DNA of 64,000 nucleotides from contig CAWAKC010000009.1 in the NCBI GenBank assembly GCA_963782525.1, positions 32,001-96,000 on the forward strand, written 5' to 3'. The notes beneath the pieces were generated by a model. The model was not told the DNA's origin and did no database searches. It worked only from the letters and a program-made list of their open reading frames with translations. Shown here in pieces: positions 1-9,218 of this stretch. Both the position numbers and the translations under genes were made by a program. The stretch is from Candidatus Bathyarchaeota archaeon (GTDB lineage: Archaea > Thermoproteota > Bathyarchaeia > Bathyarchaeales > Bathycorpusculaceae). How positions within the stretch are numbered: the stretch's first letter is position 1; each line of letters starts with the position of its first letter.

Positions 1-1
1 C

Positions 2-124
2 AGGTTTGCTTCGGAAGAAGCCAAAGTGAGACGCGGATGCCAACCAGAAGAAATATACTGGTTACTCAAATCTCATAACCGACTGATTGCAAAAACATTT
101 AACCTATATTCTAAAATACATTAA
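2..124 (+). CDS. 3' end of an unidentified protein running in from the left edge
   Basis: Open frame RFASEEAKVRRGCQPEEIYWLLKSHNRLIAKTFNLYSKIH* from base 2 to TAA at 122-124; no family recognised. Confidence 0.3.
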   Translation, partial: RFASEEAKVRRGCQPEEIYWLLKSHNRLIAKTFNLYSKIH

Positions 125-550
125 CCGTGGACAAAACTTTGGAAGGACTTAGAGACAATTTAGTAATGGACTTGGATGATGTGTTTTTCTCATTGTTTTT
201 CTGTGGCTTCACTTTCTCATTATATTGTGTAGGCTAATGTTGTATAAATTAACACCAAAGTGTTTGCAAACTCAGCTTAACAAATTAGCAAAGATGCATA
301 AAAGTTAGGCTCTGTGGTCCATACAAACAGCTATCAAAGTTAACAAAAACCAAACATCCATTTAACAAAAAAGCTTAAAAATTACCCATGTAATTAAAGT
401 CAAAATCAGTAGGAATAGAGAAGAGAGAGGAATAATGAAAGCTCACAACTTAAAATTAGAAGACTCCCTAAACCCCAGACCCCCCAATTTGGAGTTCAAA
501 GCTCAAACTTCAAGCCCAACCCAACCTGGAAATCTGGGAATTGTGTCTAA

Positions 551-1852
551 ATGAACCGCACACATTTAATTGTCATAGTAATAGTTTCTTTGTTTTTAGC
601 CTCATCTTTTTTTGCATTATCATCAGAAGCAAGAATTAACACTTCACGTTGGAATCCTTACCCAACATCACATCCCACCTCAACGCCGACTCCAACCGCA
701 ACTCCTAAACCAACCTCCACACCAACCTCGACTCCAACCCCTTCAAGCGTTGCTGACCAAATTAATCAAGCCCTAAAATCTAACACCAACATAACCTTGC
801 CGTCGGGAACTTACACTCTAACAAAAACTCTCTATCTATCGGGTTTAACAAACACTCAACTTCAAAGTTCAGGAACAACCATTTTAGTCGTCCCATCCGA
901 CGTTGAAATAGTGGGCCTTTACGCATTTCAGTGTAGTGGACTTAAGATTTTTAACGTGACGCTGCAAGGAAGCAAAAACACACAATACAATACTGCCGAC
1001 ATAAACAATCAACATGGCATTTATCTTAATCAATGTACCAACAGCCAAGTAGAAAATGTCACTGTAGAAGACTTTGCCCACACCGGCATTGTAACTTACA
1101 TGAGTCAAAGCATAACTCTAAGGAATAACAAACTGCTAAACAATGGACTCCCTAACACTATCCAAGTTGGGTCAGGCATTGATTCAGATGAAGACTCGGC
1201 TATGACAGTTACGGGCAACTACATTTCTGGTTCATGGGACAACAACCTTTGGATTTCACGCACAAGCAACAGCCTAATCACTAACAACACCTTACTAAAA
1301 GCCGGACACGCCAATTTACGGGTTGGCGCAGTTTCTACTCTTGCAGACAACGCCCATAACAACACATTCAACAACAATGTTTTATCAGAAGGCAATCTTG
1401 AAGGAAACGATGGACAAGCAGGCTTAGCTAACCTCTACGTCACCTACGCAACTGGCAACGTTTTTAATGGAAACACAATAACAGGCGGCAAACTTGTAGG
1501 ATTAGCGTTCGACTCAGCAAACCAAAATACTGTGATTGGAGGCAACATAAGTTTTAATGCTGAAGGAGTAGATTTCAGAGGATCAAGTTCAGCCAACACG
1601 TTATCAAATGCTACAATCACACATAACACTCACAACGGCGTTAACCTTCTTGATTCAGCCGCATCAAACCAAATATTGTATAATCGCATCGTGGATAGTG
1701 GCGACTACGAAATCGTAGTTCAATCAAGCGGATCCGTAACAAACACCACAATCATAGGAAACACAGTATCATACCCAAACGTCACACATACAGGAACCAT
1801 AATCAACAACTCAGCATCCTCCACAATAAAGAACAACGTCGGTTACCCCTGA
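551..1852 (+). CDS. Secreted right-handed parallel beta-helix (NosD/pectin-lyase-like) protein with Pro/Thr linker
   Basis: N-terminal hydrophobic signal, PTSTPTPT linker, LPSGTY motif, Asn/Gly-rich beta-helix repeats; shares QHGI..HTGI.TY..GSGID motifs with 7540..9120. Confidence 0.85.
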   Translation: MNRTHLIVIVIVSLFLASSFFALSSEARINTSRWNPYPTSHPTSTPTPTATPKPTSTPTSTPTPSSVADQINQALKSNTNITLPSGTYTLTKTLYLSGLTNTQLQSSGTTILVVPSDVEIVGLYAFQCSGLKIFNVTLQGSKNTQYNTADINNQHGIYLNQCTNSQVENVTVEDFAHTGIVTYMSQSITLRNNKLLNNGLPNTIQVGSGIDSDEDSAMTVTGNYISGSWDNNLWISRTSNSLITNNTLLKAGHANLRVGAVSTLADNAHNNTFNNNVLSEGNLEGNDGQAGLANLYVTYATGNVFNGNTITGGKLVGLAFDSANQNTVIGGNISFNAEGVDFRGSSSANTLSNATITHNTHNGVNLLDSAASNQILYNRIVDSGDYEIVVQSSGSVTNTTIIGNTVSYPNVTHTGTIINNSASSTIKNNVGYP

Positions 1853-2148
1853 AAACTTCTTTTTCTTTGTTCCGAATTAATAATTAGGTGTCTAATAATG
1901 GGCAGCTATTTAACGCCAAAACACAAACAACCATGAGTGGAGAATTATAATGGCACATCGCTTTTGAGATCTCAGCAACACCTTCTCAGCAGTTTTGCAA
2001 TTCGAATCTTTTTCTTTGCATTTCTGCTTAAAGAGAGAGCTGTTTCAGCAAAGAACGGTAATGGATCAGATATTGCAAAGTTGTCATAATGAATGTTTTT
2101 TTCATAGAACTTAAGAAAACGAAAAATAGCAAACAATCGTTTAGATGA

Positions 2149-3288
2149 TTAATTTTTTGGGAATGATTGTCCGTCTATAAATGTTGAGAATAAATTTTGC
2201 GTGTCACCGATCAACCAACGACACTTCACACCAATTTTATAGGTAAAAATTGGATCCAAACGCTCACCTTTGGCCAAGAGAAACATCAAGTATGGAAAAT
2301 CTACTCCACTTTCTATGGCAACCTTCATCGATCCCCAGAATCGAGCATTAATCTCCATGAGTTTAGGGGTTAAATCTTTCGAGTTAACCCTAAACTCTAC
2401 ATCAGCCACTCCATGCCAAAGGAGCCCCTTAAGTAAGCTGGAAGCATATTTTAGAAGCATAGGATTAAGGGGCACACTTTCTCGAAGGACACTTATGCCG
2501 CCTGTTAAAGGCATGGTTCTATGCTCCTTTATGGAACAAGCTGCAATAGGTTTTCCTCGGTCAAAAAGTAGAGGCACACTGATATTGTATCCCGAAACAT
2601 ATTCTTGAATCAAAGGTGCAGGAAAGATTTCATTGACTTTTGTGTAAACTGAGACCAACTCTGAGGGAGAGTTAACATAAGAAGGTCGGGAAAAGTTAGC
2701 CTTTCCGTTTTTTCCCCAAACAAAAGAATATCTAGGTTTGATAACGGCAGGATACTGAATCTTTGATGAAATAGCCTGAACTTCGGTTAAGTTAGAAGCG
2801 CGAAATGTCACCGGAGTCGGTATTCCTAAATTTTCTGCGAGCTCGAGAGTCCTCGATTTGTCACAGGCTATTTCAACAGATTCATGGCTTGGAAGCACAA
2901 GCTTCAGATGAGAAGCGAGTTGATTTCGGTTCTCTGAAATAGGTAAAAGAGATGTCTCACTCATTGGAAATACAGTGAGGTATTTTCCACCTCTAACAAT
3001 TCGAAATAAGTTGGCAATGAAAACTTCCAAATTATCGACTGGAGCGGAGCAGTAAACTCTCCCTGGACGCCAACGCGAAAACAATGATGGCGACAACAAA
3101 TTTTGAGTAGCTAAGGTAGTTGCAACATTTTTTCTTTCAAGACTCCCAACGACTGCTTGAGTATAAAAAACGTGAGGATCTGTTATCAAAACTCTATCTT
3201 GAAGATCGATTTTAGGCCTACGACTCAACTCTATGAATTTAGCCAAAAATACCTCAAATCCGCGTGTGATCGTTTCTACATCTTTCAA
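2149..3288 (-). CDS. ATP-grasp carboxylate-amine ligase family protein; probably truncated by a premature TAA (frame continues to 1972)
   Basis: DK..T..LA..LGIPTP, YPAVIKP, LIQEYV, DVEFR..KLMEINARFWGS motifs; in-frame continuation after the stop contains YDNFAISDPLPFF. Confidence 0.85.
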   Translation of the reverse strand: MKDVETITRGFEVFLAKFIELSRRPKIDLQDRVLITDPHVFYTQAVVGSLERKNVATTLATQNLLSPSLFSRWRPGRVYCSAPVDNLEVFIANLFRIVRGGKYLTVFPMSETSLLPISENRNQLASHLKLVLPSHESVEIACDKSRTLELAENLGIPTPVTFRASNLTEVQAISSKIQYPAVIKPRYSFVWGKNGKANFSRPSYVNSPSELVSVYTKVNEIFPAPLIQEYVSGYNISVPLLFDRGKPIAACSIKEHRTMPLTGGISVLRESVPLNPMLLKYASSLLKGLLWHGVADVEFRVNSKDLTPKLMEINARFWGSMKVAIESGVDFPYLMFLLAKGERLDPIFTYKIGVKCRWLIGDTQNLFSTFIDGQSFPKN

Positions 3289-3393
3289 CCAGCTTCAAAA
3301 CAAGCTTGTATGCAATATTAAAGCAAAATGAAGCCAGGATTGTTAACCACAATTGAAGAAAACTAAGCTGAAGGAAAAATTGGGTGCAAGGTT

Positions 3394-4482
3394 TCATTTA
3401 CTACTAACCCAAATATCTCTTTTCAGCTTTCTCTGATAAAGATTTAAAATCTTATCTCTTACCAATCGTAGCGCATAGGGTTCTCCACAAAAATAGGTAA
3501 GTTCAACGGTCCCCATTGTATTGACATTAGTGTTGTTGTGAGTTCCTTTTACATAGCACGAACCTTCCCAGAGACCTTCCACTCTTTGTTCTCTCATAGT
3601 CGGCATAATGGTAAGCGCGATGTCATATTTGGGAATTGTAAGGTTCCAACCGGATGAAAAGTAGCGTTTAAAGAAAAGACCCCCCAAGAACAATTGCTTA
3701 ACGCTTCGATCTGGTTTCCACTCCAAAAAACCAAGGGGTTGCAACAAGAAATCTTTTTCACTGAAAAGGCTAGTAGAAGTCCCATCGGCAAACATTATAC
3801 TTAACGCGTAATTGATCCTGCGTTCAGTTTTGAAATCATAGAACAAATAAAGCATAATTTCGGTGTTATCGTCAAGTTGCAGAGCAAACCATTCCCAACC
3901 CGCGTAATTTCTTGTCCAATCTCCCCATTGGCGATCAATCCAAGCAATTCCATCGACAGACTCAACAACACCATTGTGAATGAAGGTTCCATTTAATGTT
4001 AGATTGGTTTGGGAATAATAATAGGAACTGCCGCCTATGCCCATCTTAATTAGTCCATCACCATGGACTAACGGCGACTTGGTAGCTGAAAGGTTGACAT
4101 CAAAAACATATTGGTCATCAATTTCGGAGTATAATTTGTAATTGAAGGGTTTGTCCGCCTGCTCTCGCCAATAATCGTGGTCTCCATCGGAGTTTGAATA
4201 AGCAATATTGAGTAGTCCTTTTTTTGATTCACAAGGCCCTCCTTTTAGCTGATTGAAATAGGTTTGGTTAGTTTCATCGGTTATGGATGTCTGGCGATTA
4301 TAATAAGCTGGGTTTAACCCAAGGTATGCAAGGGTATAACTAAATTTACGACCTGTTTTGGTCTTGAAATGAGAGGTTAGATACCACCAATCAGATAGTG
4401 TATCGTGGTCGCCTTCGTCTGTAGGAAAGACCAATTTTCCTTTTGAGTAAACATTTGAATTTGACATAGAGCCCAATTCCAA
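3394..4482 (-). CDS. AttH/CrtC-like (carotenoid 1,2-hydratase / lipocalin-like) protein; start possibly ATG at 4467
   Basis: FPTDEGDH..DWWY, SYYYSQT, AWIDRQWG, GWEWFALQLDD and WEG motifs typical of the AttH/CrtC fold. Confidence 0.8.
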   Translation of the reverse strand: MELGSMSNSNVYSKGKLVFPTDEGDHDTLSDWWYLTSHFKTKTGRKFSYTLAYLGLNPAYYNRQTSITDETNQTYFNQLKGGPCESKKGLLNIAYSNSDGDHDYWREQADKPFNYKLYSEIDDQYVFDVNLSATKSPLVHGDGLIKMGIGGSSYYYSQTNLTLNGTFIHNGVVESVDGIAWIDRQWGDWTRNYAGWEWFALQLDDNTEIMLYLFYDFKTERRINYALSIMFADGTSTSLFSEKDFLLQPLGFLEWKPDRSVKQLFLGGLFFKRYFSSGWNLTIPKYDIALTIMPTMREQRVEGLWEGSCYVKGTHNNTNVNTMGTVELTYFCGEPYALRLVRDKILNLYQRKLKRDIWVSSK

Positions 4483-4560
4483 TTTTATTATAATAGTATT
4501 TTATATCACTTGCTACTTTCTCATGAAATGATAGAATCAGAAAATCTCTTGAAAATGGGC

Positions 4561-5400
4561 CTACGCGGGTTTACCTAGCAACTTCTTGAACTGGACACCC
4601 TTACCATAGTCACCAACGAAGCGAAGCATAATCAGCGAAAGAGCAATTGCTAAAGCAGTAGAGAAGTCTAGAACAAAGAATAGAAGCAGTAAGTAAACGA
4701 ACGATCCTACAACAAATACTGATAGAAGCTTTTGTCCGAAGTCGCCTCCAACGTGTCTAACCCAGGTGCGAGTTCCAGATTTTTCATCATTTTTGAAATC
4801 TGCAAGTTGATGACCCAGTTCATCTTGAAACCCAATCATGAATAACCAACCTGTAAAGAACAAGACGAAAAAGAGCGAAGGGGAAAGAGAGAGCCAGAAA
4901 AATATAAATGGAATTGACCGCATGCCAAGGTTCGCCACAATTATTGCCAGAATCCCTCGCTCTTTAAAACGGGTTGGTTTTAGTGAGTAGAGGTTGGCTA
5001 GTGCAATGCCTATTATGAAACCGACTGTTGCTAGCAAGTTACCAGAAAAGATAAGTATGGCAAGGGTGAAAAATGATAGGAGAATAAGGGTTAGGATAGT
5101 TTTTGCATTTGAAAATGAATGAATAGGTTTGTACTTTCCTTCTTTGATGTCTGCCTCTTTGTCGCCGACATCATTAACTACAAAGCTATAAGTTAAGAAA
5201 AGAGATACAGCTACCGTATAATATAGAACATAAGTTATGTTCAACTTTGCAAAGGGCAACACAAGTATAAGCATTAAAGCCGCCACTAAGTTCTCTTGCA
5301 GGATGGGGATCCAGTTTCTGAATCGTGTTAAACTTAACAGATCCGAAAAAGCGCGCTTGAGTCCACTTTCTTTATGATACATTAATACATCCTCTTCCAA
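4561..5400 (-). CDS. UbiA-family prenyltransferase
   Basis: Multi-TM protein with NDxxDxxxD (NDVGDKEAD), YSxxPxRxK and second Asp-rich motif QLADFKNDEKSG. Confidence 0.85.
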   Translation of the reverse strand: MEEDVLMYHKESGLKRAFSDLLSLTRFRNWIPILQENLVAALMLILVLPFAKLNITYVLYYTVAVSLFLTYSFVVNDVGDKEADIKEGKYKPIHSFSNAKTILTLILLSFFTLAILIFSGNLLATVGFIIGIALANLYSLKPTRFKERGILAIIVANLGMRSIPFIFFWLSLSPSLFFVLFFTGWLFMIGFQDELGHQLADFKNDEKSGTRTWVRHVGGDFGQKLLSVFVVGSFVYLLLLFFVLDFSTALAIALSLIMLRFVGDYGKGVQFKKLLGKPA

Positions 5401-5587
5401 TAAATTATTACAACAATATATTCCTTTTAGATTTCAAATTTTAATTTCAAAACCTCAAATCAACATACTTAATCCATCAAGCTCTTTTTGAATGAGTTTC
5501 CATTTTAATTCATGTCTAAACCAAAAAGTCTACCAAAAAAAACAAGACACCCTGAACATTACAACATATAGACATAAAGTTGAATTT

Positions 5588-6079
5588 TTAGGACTGGAGT
5601 TCTTTAAATTCAAGTCTCATAGCCACGGACGCCAAAATAATTGTAAGTACAAACAAACTAAGAGAAATGGTTTTTAGCTCTATGCCCAAAGGCGTATAAT
5701 TAAAGAATAAGCCGATAAAAGCCGTTAAAGCTATACTCAACGCAATACTCAACACAAATCTTTCGATTGGTTTTATGTTCTCATCGCTTTGGCCTTTAAT
5801 TCTTTTGTAAAAAAGCAACCTAATCAAAGCGTAGCCGGGCACAAATACCAAGAATATCAAGCCTATCGCAGAGAAAAAGTCGCCTATGGGGTACCAATTT
5901 ATCGGCATGTTAAACAAAATCAGAATGGAAACTATTGAGAAAGCTACAGTAGTTCGGTACCAGAGAGTTTTTCTTGAAAGAAGATAATCACGAAGCAGCA
6001 TTAGCCGAGGCCCATCTTTCTTCGCGAAATCAAGTTTTCCATCTTCTTCATGACCGAACGCACACATTGAATCTACCAC
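5588..6079 (-). CDS. DUF1616-type membrane protein
   Basis: FLVFVPGYAL..LF, IERFVLSIALSIA and NYTPLGI motifs; four TM segments. Confidence 0.75.
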   Translation of the reverse strand: MVDSMCAFGHEEDGKLDFAKKDGPRLMLLRDYLLSRKTLWYRTTVAFSIVSILILFNMPINWYPIGDFFSAIGLIFLVFVPGYALIRLLFYKRIKGQSDENIKPIERFVLSIALSIALTAFIGLFFNYTPLGIELKTISLSLFVLTIILASVAMRLEFKELQS

Positions 6080-6103
6080 CTAGACAGCATTAATTCACTA
6101 AAG

Positions 6104-7417
6104 TTAATAACTCAATATTTGATCAGCACATTTCATTGCGCTTTGGATACACTCATCCATATTCATATACTTGAACTCTCCAAACCGACCCAACAAATTT
6201 AACCCTATCTCAGCAGCATAATCTTGGGCTATTGCCAAATTTTTCTTGTAATCCAAATCAGAAATGACGTAAGCATATTCAGATCGCGAGACTTCAGCAA
6301 AACAAACCTCAGATTTGTTAATAACCTGTAGCGTATGCAAATTCTCAATAACTTTTTCCTTTAATTCATCGTTTGACATATTCCATAAAGAACTATGCTT
6401 GTCGCAGGTTATTTCAGCAAGCACAGCAGATTTTCCTTTGGGGGCAACATTCGGGCTATAGTTTGATGGAAAACTTATTCGATGAGTTAAAATTTCTTTG
6501 TTTGGAATATAAAGCCAGGACAAATCATTCAACTTTTCCGAATCTAGTCCTATCATTACACAGATAAGCGAATTATACTTAAGATTGTCAACGGCAGCCT
6601 TCACATTTTTGGGTGCGTTTATAACACTGATTAGGTTTTGGACTGGTATTGTTGATACTATTTTATCAAACTGCTTCGCTTGCTTGCCATCAGATACAAA
6701 CCATTTTTTTGCTTTACTCAATTGTGTAATCTCAAAATTTGTAACAATGTGATCCTGTATTTTTTCCTCTAAAGCCTTGATAATTGCTTGAATTCCGCCA
6801 ACTCGTGGATAATAGAAGAAAAGTTGATGACGGTACCCTTCAGTTTCTATGCCTAAAGATGACTTGACAATATCCCCTATCGGAGGGTCAGGCACTCTTT
6901 CAACCCAATCAAGTCCCATTTGGTCAGGGGGAAATTTCCAAATCTTTTCGTTATATGGAATTAGGTATTTTTCAGATATGCCACTTCCAAAAGTGTAGTA
7001 AAACCATTGTTGAAGATTAACGGGTTTTTCGATTTCGCCTTTTTCTTTTTTAATCAAATTTTGAATAAAACTAAATAAACAATCAAAATTATCGCTCTTG
7101 GATAGATCTGAGAGGCCATTTTCGAACGGATATTTTACATAGCGACCATCATATAAGACCCTTGTTTCCCTGCGAGTCTGCACATTGTTGTTTTGGAGGA
7201 GATTTAGCATAAAATTCAAGGATTCTTCATTCCTTGAAAAAATTATATGCGAACCTGCGCAATCAAAAGTGTAACCCGCATCTTCACGGGTTCTCATCAA
7301 TCCACCGCATTCACAATTCTTTTCCAAAATTTCAAAATCTATGCCTTTTTGACTCAACAAGTAACCTAAAGTAAGACCTGATAAGCCTCCGCCAAGTATT
7401 CCTATTTTCATAATCAT
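6104..7417 (-). CDS. FAD-dependent oxidoreductase, UDP-galactopyranose-mutase-like / HemY-like family found in glycan loci
   Basis: GGGLSG Rossmann motif, GGL..T..GY.FD.GSH, YPF, YYP..GG, GRFGEFKYMNMD. Confidence 0.75.
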   Translation of the reverse strand: MIMKIGILGGGLSGLTLGYLLSQKGIDFEILEKNCECGGLMRTREDAGYTFDCAGSHIIFSRNEESLNFMLNLLQNNNVQTRRETRVLYDGRYVKYPFENGLSDLSKSDNFDCLFSFIQNLIKKEKGEIEKPVNLQQWFYYTFGSGISEKYLIPYNEKIWKFPPDQMGLDWVERVPDPPIGDIVKSSLGIETEGYRHQLFFYYPRVGGIQAIIKALEEKIQDHIVTNFEITQLSKAKKWFVSDGKQAKQFDKIVSTIPVQNLISVINAPKNVKAAVDNLKYNSLICVMIGLDSEKLNDLSWLYIPNKEILTHRISFPSNYSPNVAPKGKSAVLAEITCDKHSSLWNMSNDELKEKVIENLHTLQVINKSEVCFAEVSRSEYAYVISDLDYKKNLAIAQDYAAEIGLNLLGRFGEFKYMNMDECIQSAMKCADQILSY

Positions 7418-7539
7418 CCCTCATTTGATTTTAGAAATGTAGAGAACATAATATGTTATGGATTTGCCAAAGTTATTAGATGCTATCAAACAAATTTGAA
7501 ACTGAAAGATTTTTATCCACCCAACATTCCATATGCTTG

Positions 7540-9120
7540 CTAATTTCCTTTAGTGATTAACAAATTATTTGAAACCACAGTGGTCGTTGGTACATTGGTA
7601 ATTTCGTGTCCAATATCTATTCCGGATATTGCATAAATGACATTATTTGTCACTTGATTATAGTTGCAAACACCCCACGCTTGGCAATTAATGGCGCAAC
7701 CCCCATTATTGTCAAGAATGTTGGAGTCTATAACGTTGAAGTTTGATCCATCATGCAATCGGATGCCATCTTGCTCAGTAGAATTAACCATATTATTTGA
7801 AATTGTAATATTGGATGAATATTGCACGTCTATTCCAGTCAAAAGAGAATTCAAGACTTCATTATTACAAATCACAGAAAAAGTCGAATTATCAATAATT
7901 ATTCCCGAGGACTTTTCACCAGACACAGTGTTTCCATAACCAGTCGCATTTGAACTGGAGTAAAGATAAATGCCCGCGTAACCACCGTTGTTTTCCAAAT
8001 TATTTTCAGTTATGCTGTAATTTGATCCTGATTGAACAAAAATGCCTTCTAGGCCATTTTCTTTAGCGGAATTATTTTTAAAAGTAATGTAATTTGAACC
8101 AAAAGCTCCAAACCCCCTATTCACATTAAAAAGAGAAGTATTGTTACTTATGGCTATATTACTGGAGCCTTCAGTCACAAATATGCCATTATTGCCGTTT
8201 TCATAAACAATATTTTCGGAAACGGAAACATTTGAAGCTACATGGAAGAATATGCCATTGGCTCCTGCAGAACTATTCGAGCCAATGTTGAAAGAGCAAT
8301 AATTATTTTTGATAGTTGCATTGCTCAAAGCATTCACCCAAATACCGTTTACAAAATTGCCAGTGCTCGTGTTATTAGTTACGGTAAGATTGCTGGTTCC
8401 GTCGATATCGATTCCTGATCCTGAAGTTGGTTGATGGGCACCATTATTCATGGAGACAGAATTCTCAACGATTAAGTCATGACCCAAATAAGTATTGATT
8501 CCGGTATGCTCACATTCTTCGACCCAAACATTGCTAACCCTGGAATAGTTAGCTGAAGAAAAGTTTATTCCATGTTGGATTCCCCAATCAGCTGTATCTG
8601 TCATGTGGGCTTTGTTTCCGTTTATTTTTAGATTTTCAATTACAGTACCTATTCGATTTAAAATAAGAATCACATCTGTTAGAGTGTTGTCAGCGAGTTT
8701 AAGTTCTGTTGAGGACCCTTCACCTGTTAAAGTTATGTTATTTGACCACACAACGATTCTATTGGTTAATGTGTAGAGACCTCTTTGAACGAAAATCTTG
8801 CCCCCATGAGTAAGATTGCCGGTTGCAGCATTGAGAATCGCGGAGGCATTATTCGACAACCAAACAGTTTTTCCAGTAGCCATATTGACCATAAAATAGA
8901 ATGTGCCGTTGGTTGAAATTGTATAATTAGCGCCCAGGGATGGTTGAGAATTGCTAAACATGATACCAGAAAAGGGTATAGTTGCTTTAGCTGTTGCAGA
9001 ATTTGAAGACCCGAATGCAATCGGACTCGTTATGCTTGAGGCGATAAGAAGTAATAGTATGGAAACTCCGAAAGAAGAAACAAATGACCTACTAACAAAC
9101 CTAGGTTTTGAATTGGGCAT
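7540..9120 (-). CDS. Secreted right-handed beta-helix (NosD-like) protein, paralog of 551..1852
   Basis: Signal peptide, GGKIFVQRGLY, many N..GI repeats. Confidence 0.85.
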   Translation of the reverse strand: MPNSKPRFVSRSFVSSFGVSILLLLIASSITSPIAFGSSNSATAKATIPFSGIMFSNSQPSLGANYTISTNGTFYFMVNMATGKTVWLSNNASAILNAATGNLTHGGKIFVQRGLYTLTNRIVVWSNNITLTGEGSSTELKLADNTLTDVILILNRIGTVIENLKINGNKAHMTDTADWGIQHGINFSSANYSRVSNVWVEECEHTGINTYLGHDLIVENSVSMNNGAHQPTSGSGIDIDGTSNLTVTNNTSTGNFVNGIWVNALSNATIKNNYCSFNIGSNSSAGANGIFFHVASNVSVSENIVYENGNNGIFVTEGSSNIAISNNTSLFNVNRGFGAFGSNYITFKNNSAKENGLEGIFVQSGSNYSITENNLENNGGYAGIYLYSSSNATGYGNTVSGEKSSGIIIDNSTFSVICNNEVLNSLLTGIDVQYSSNITISNNMVNSTEQDGIRLHDGSNFNVIDSNILDNNGGCAINCQAWGVCNYNQVTNNVIYAISGIDIGHEITNVPTTTVVSNNLLITKGN

Positions 9121-9218
9121 CTCTTAATCCGCTAAAAATCTGAGAAGCCCACACACACCTAAATATATTACGACTTAATAAACAATATTGCCATCAAAAC
9201 AACAGACCAACAACAAAA

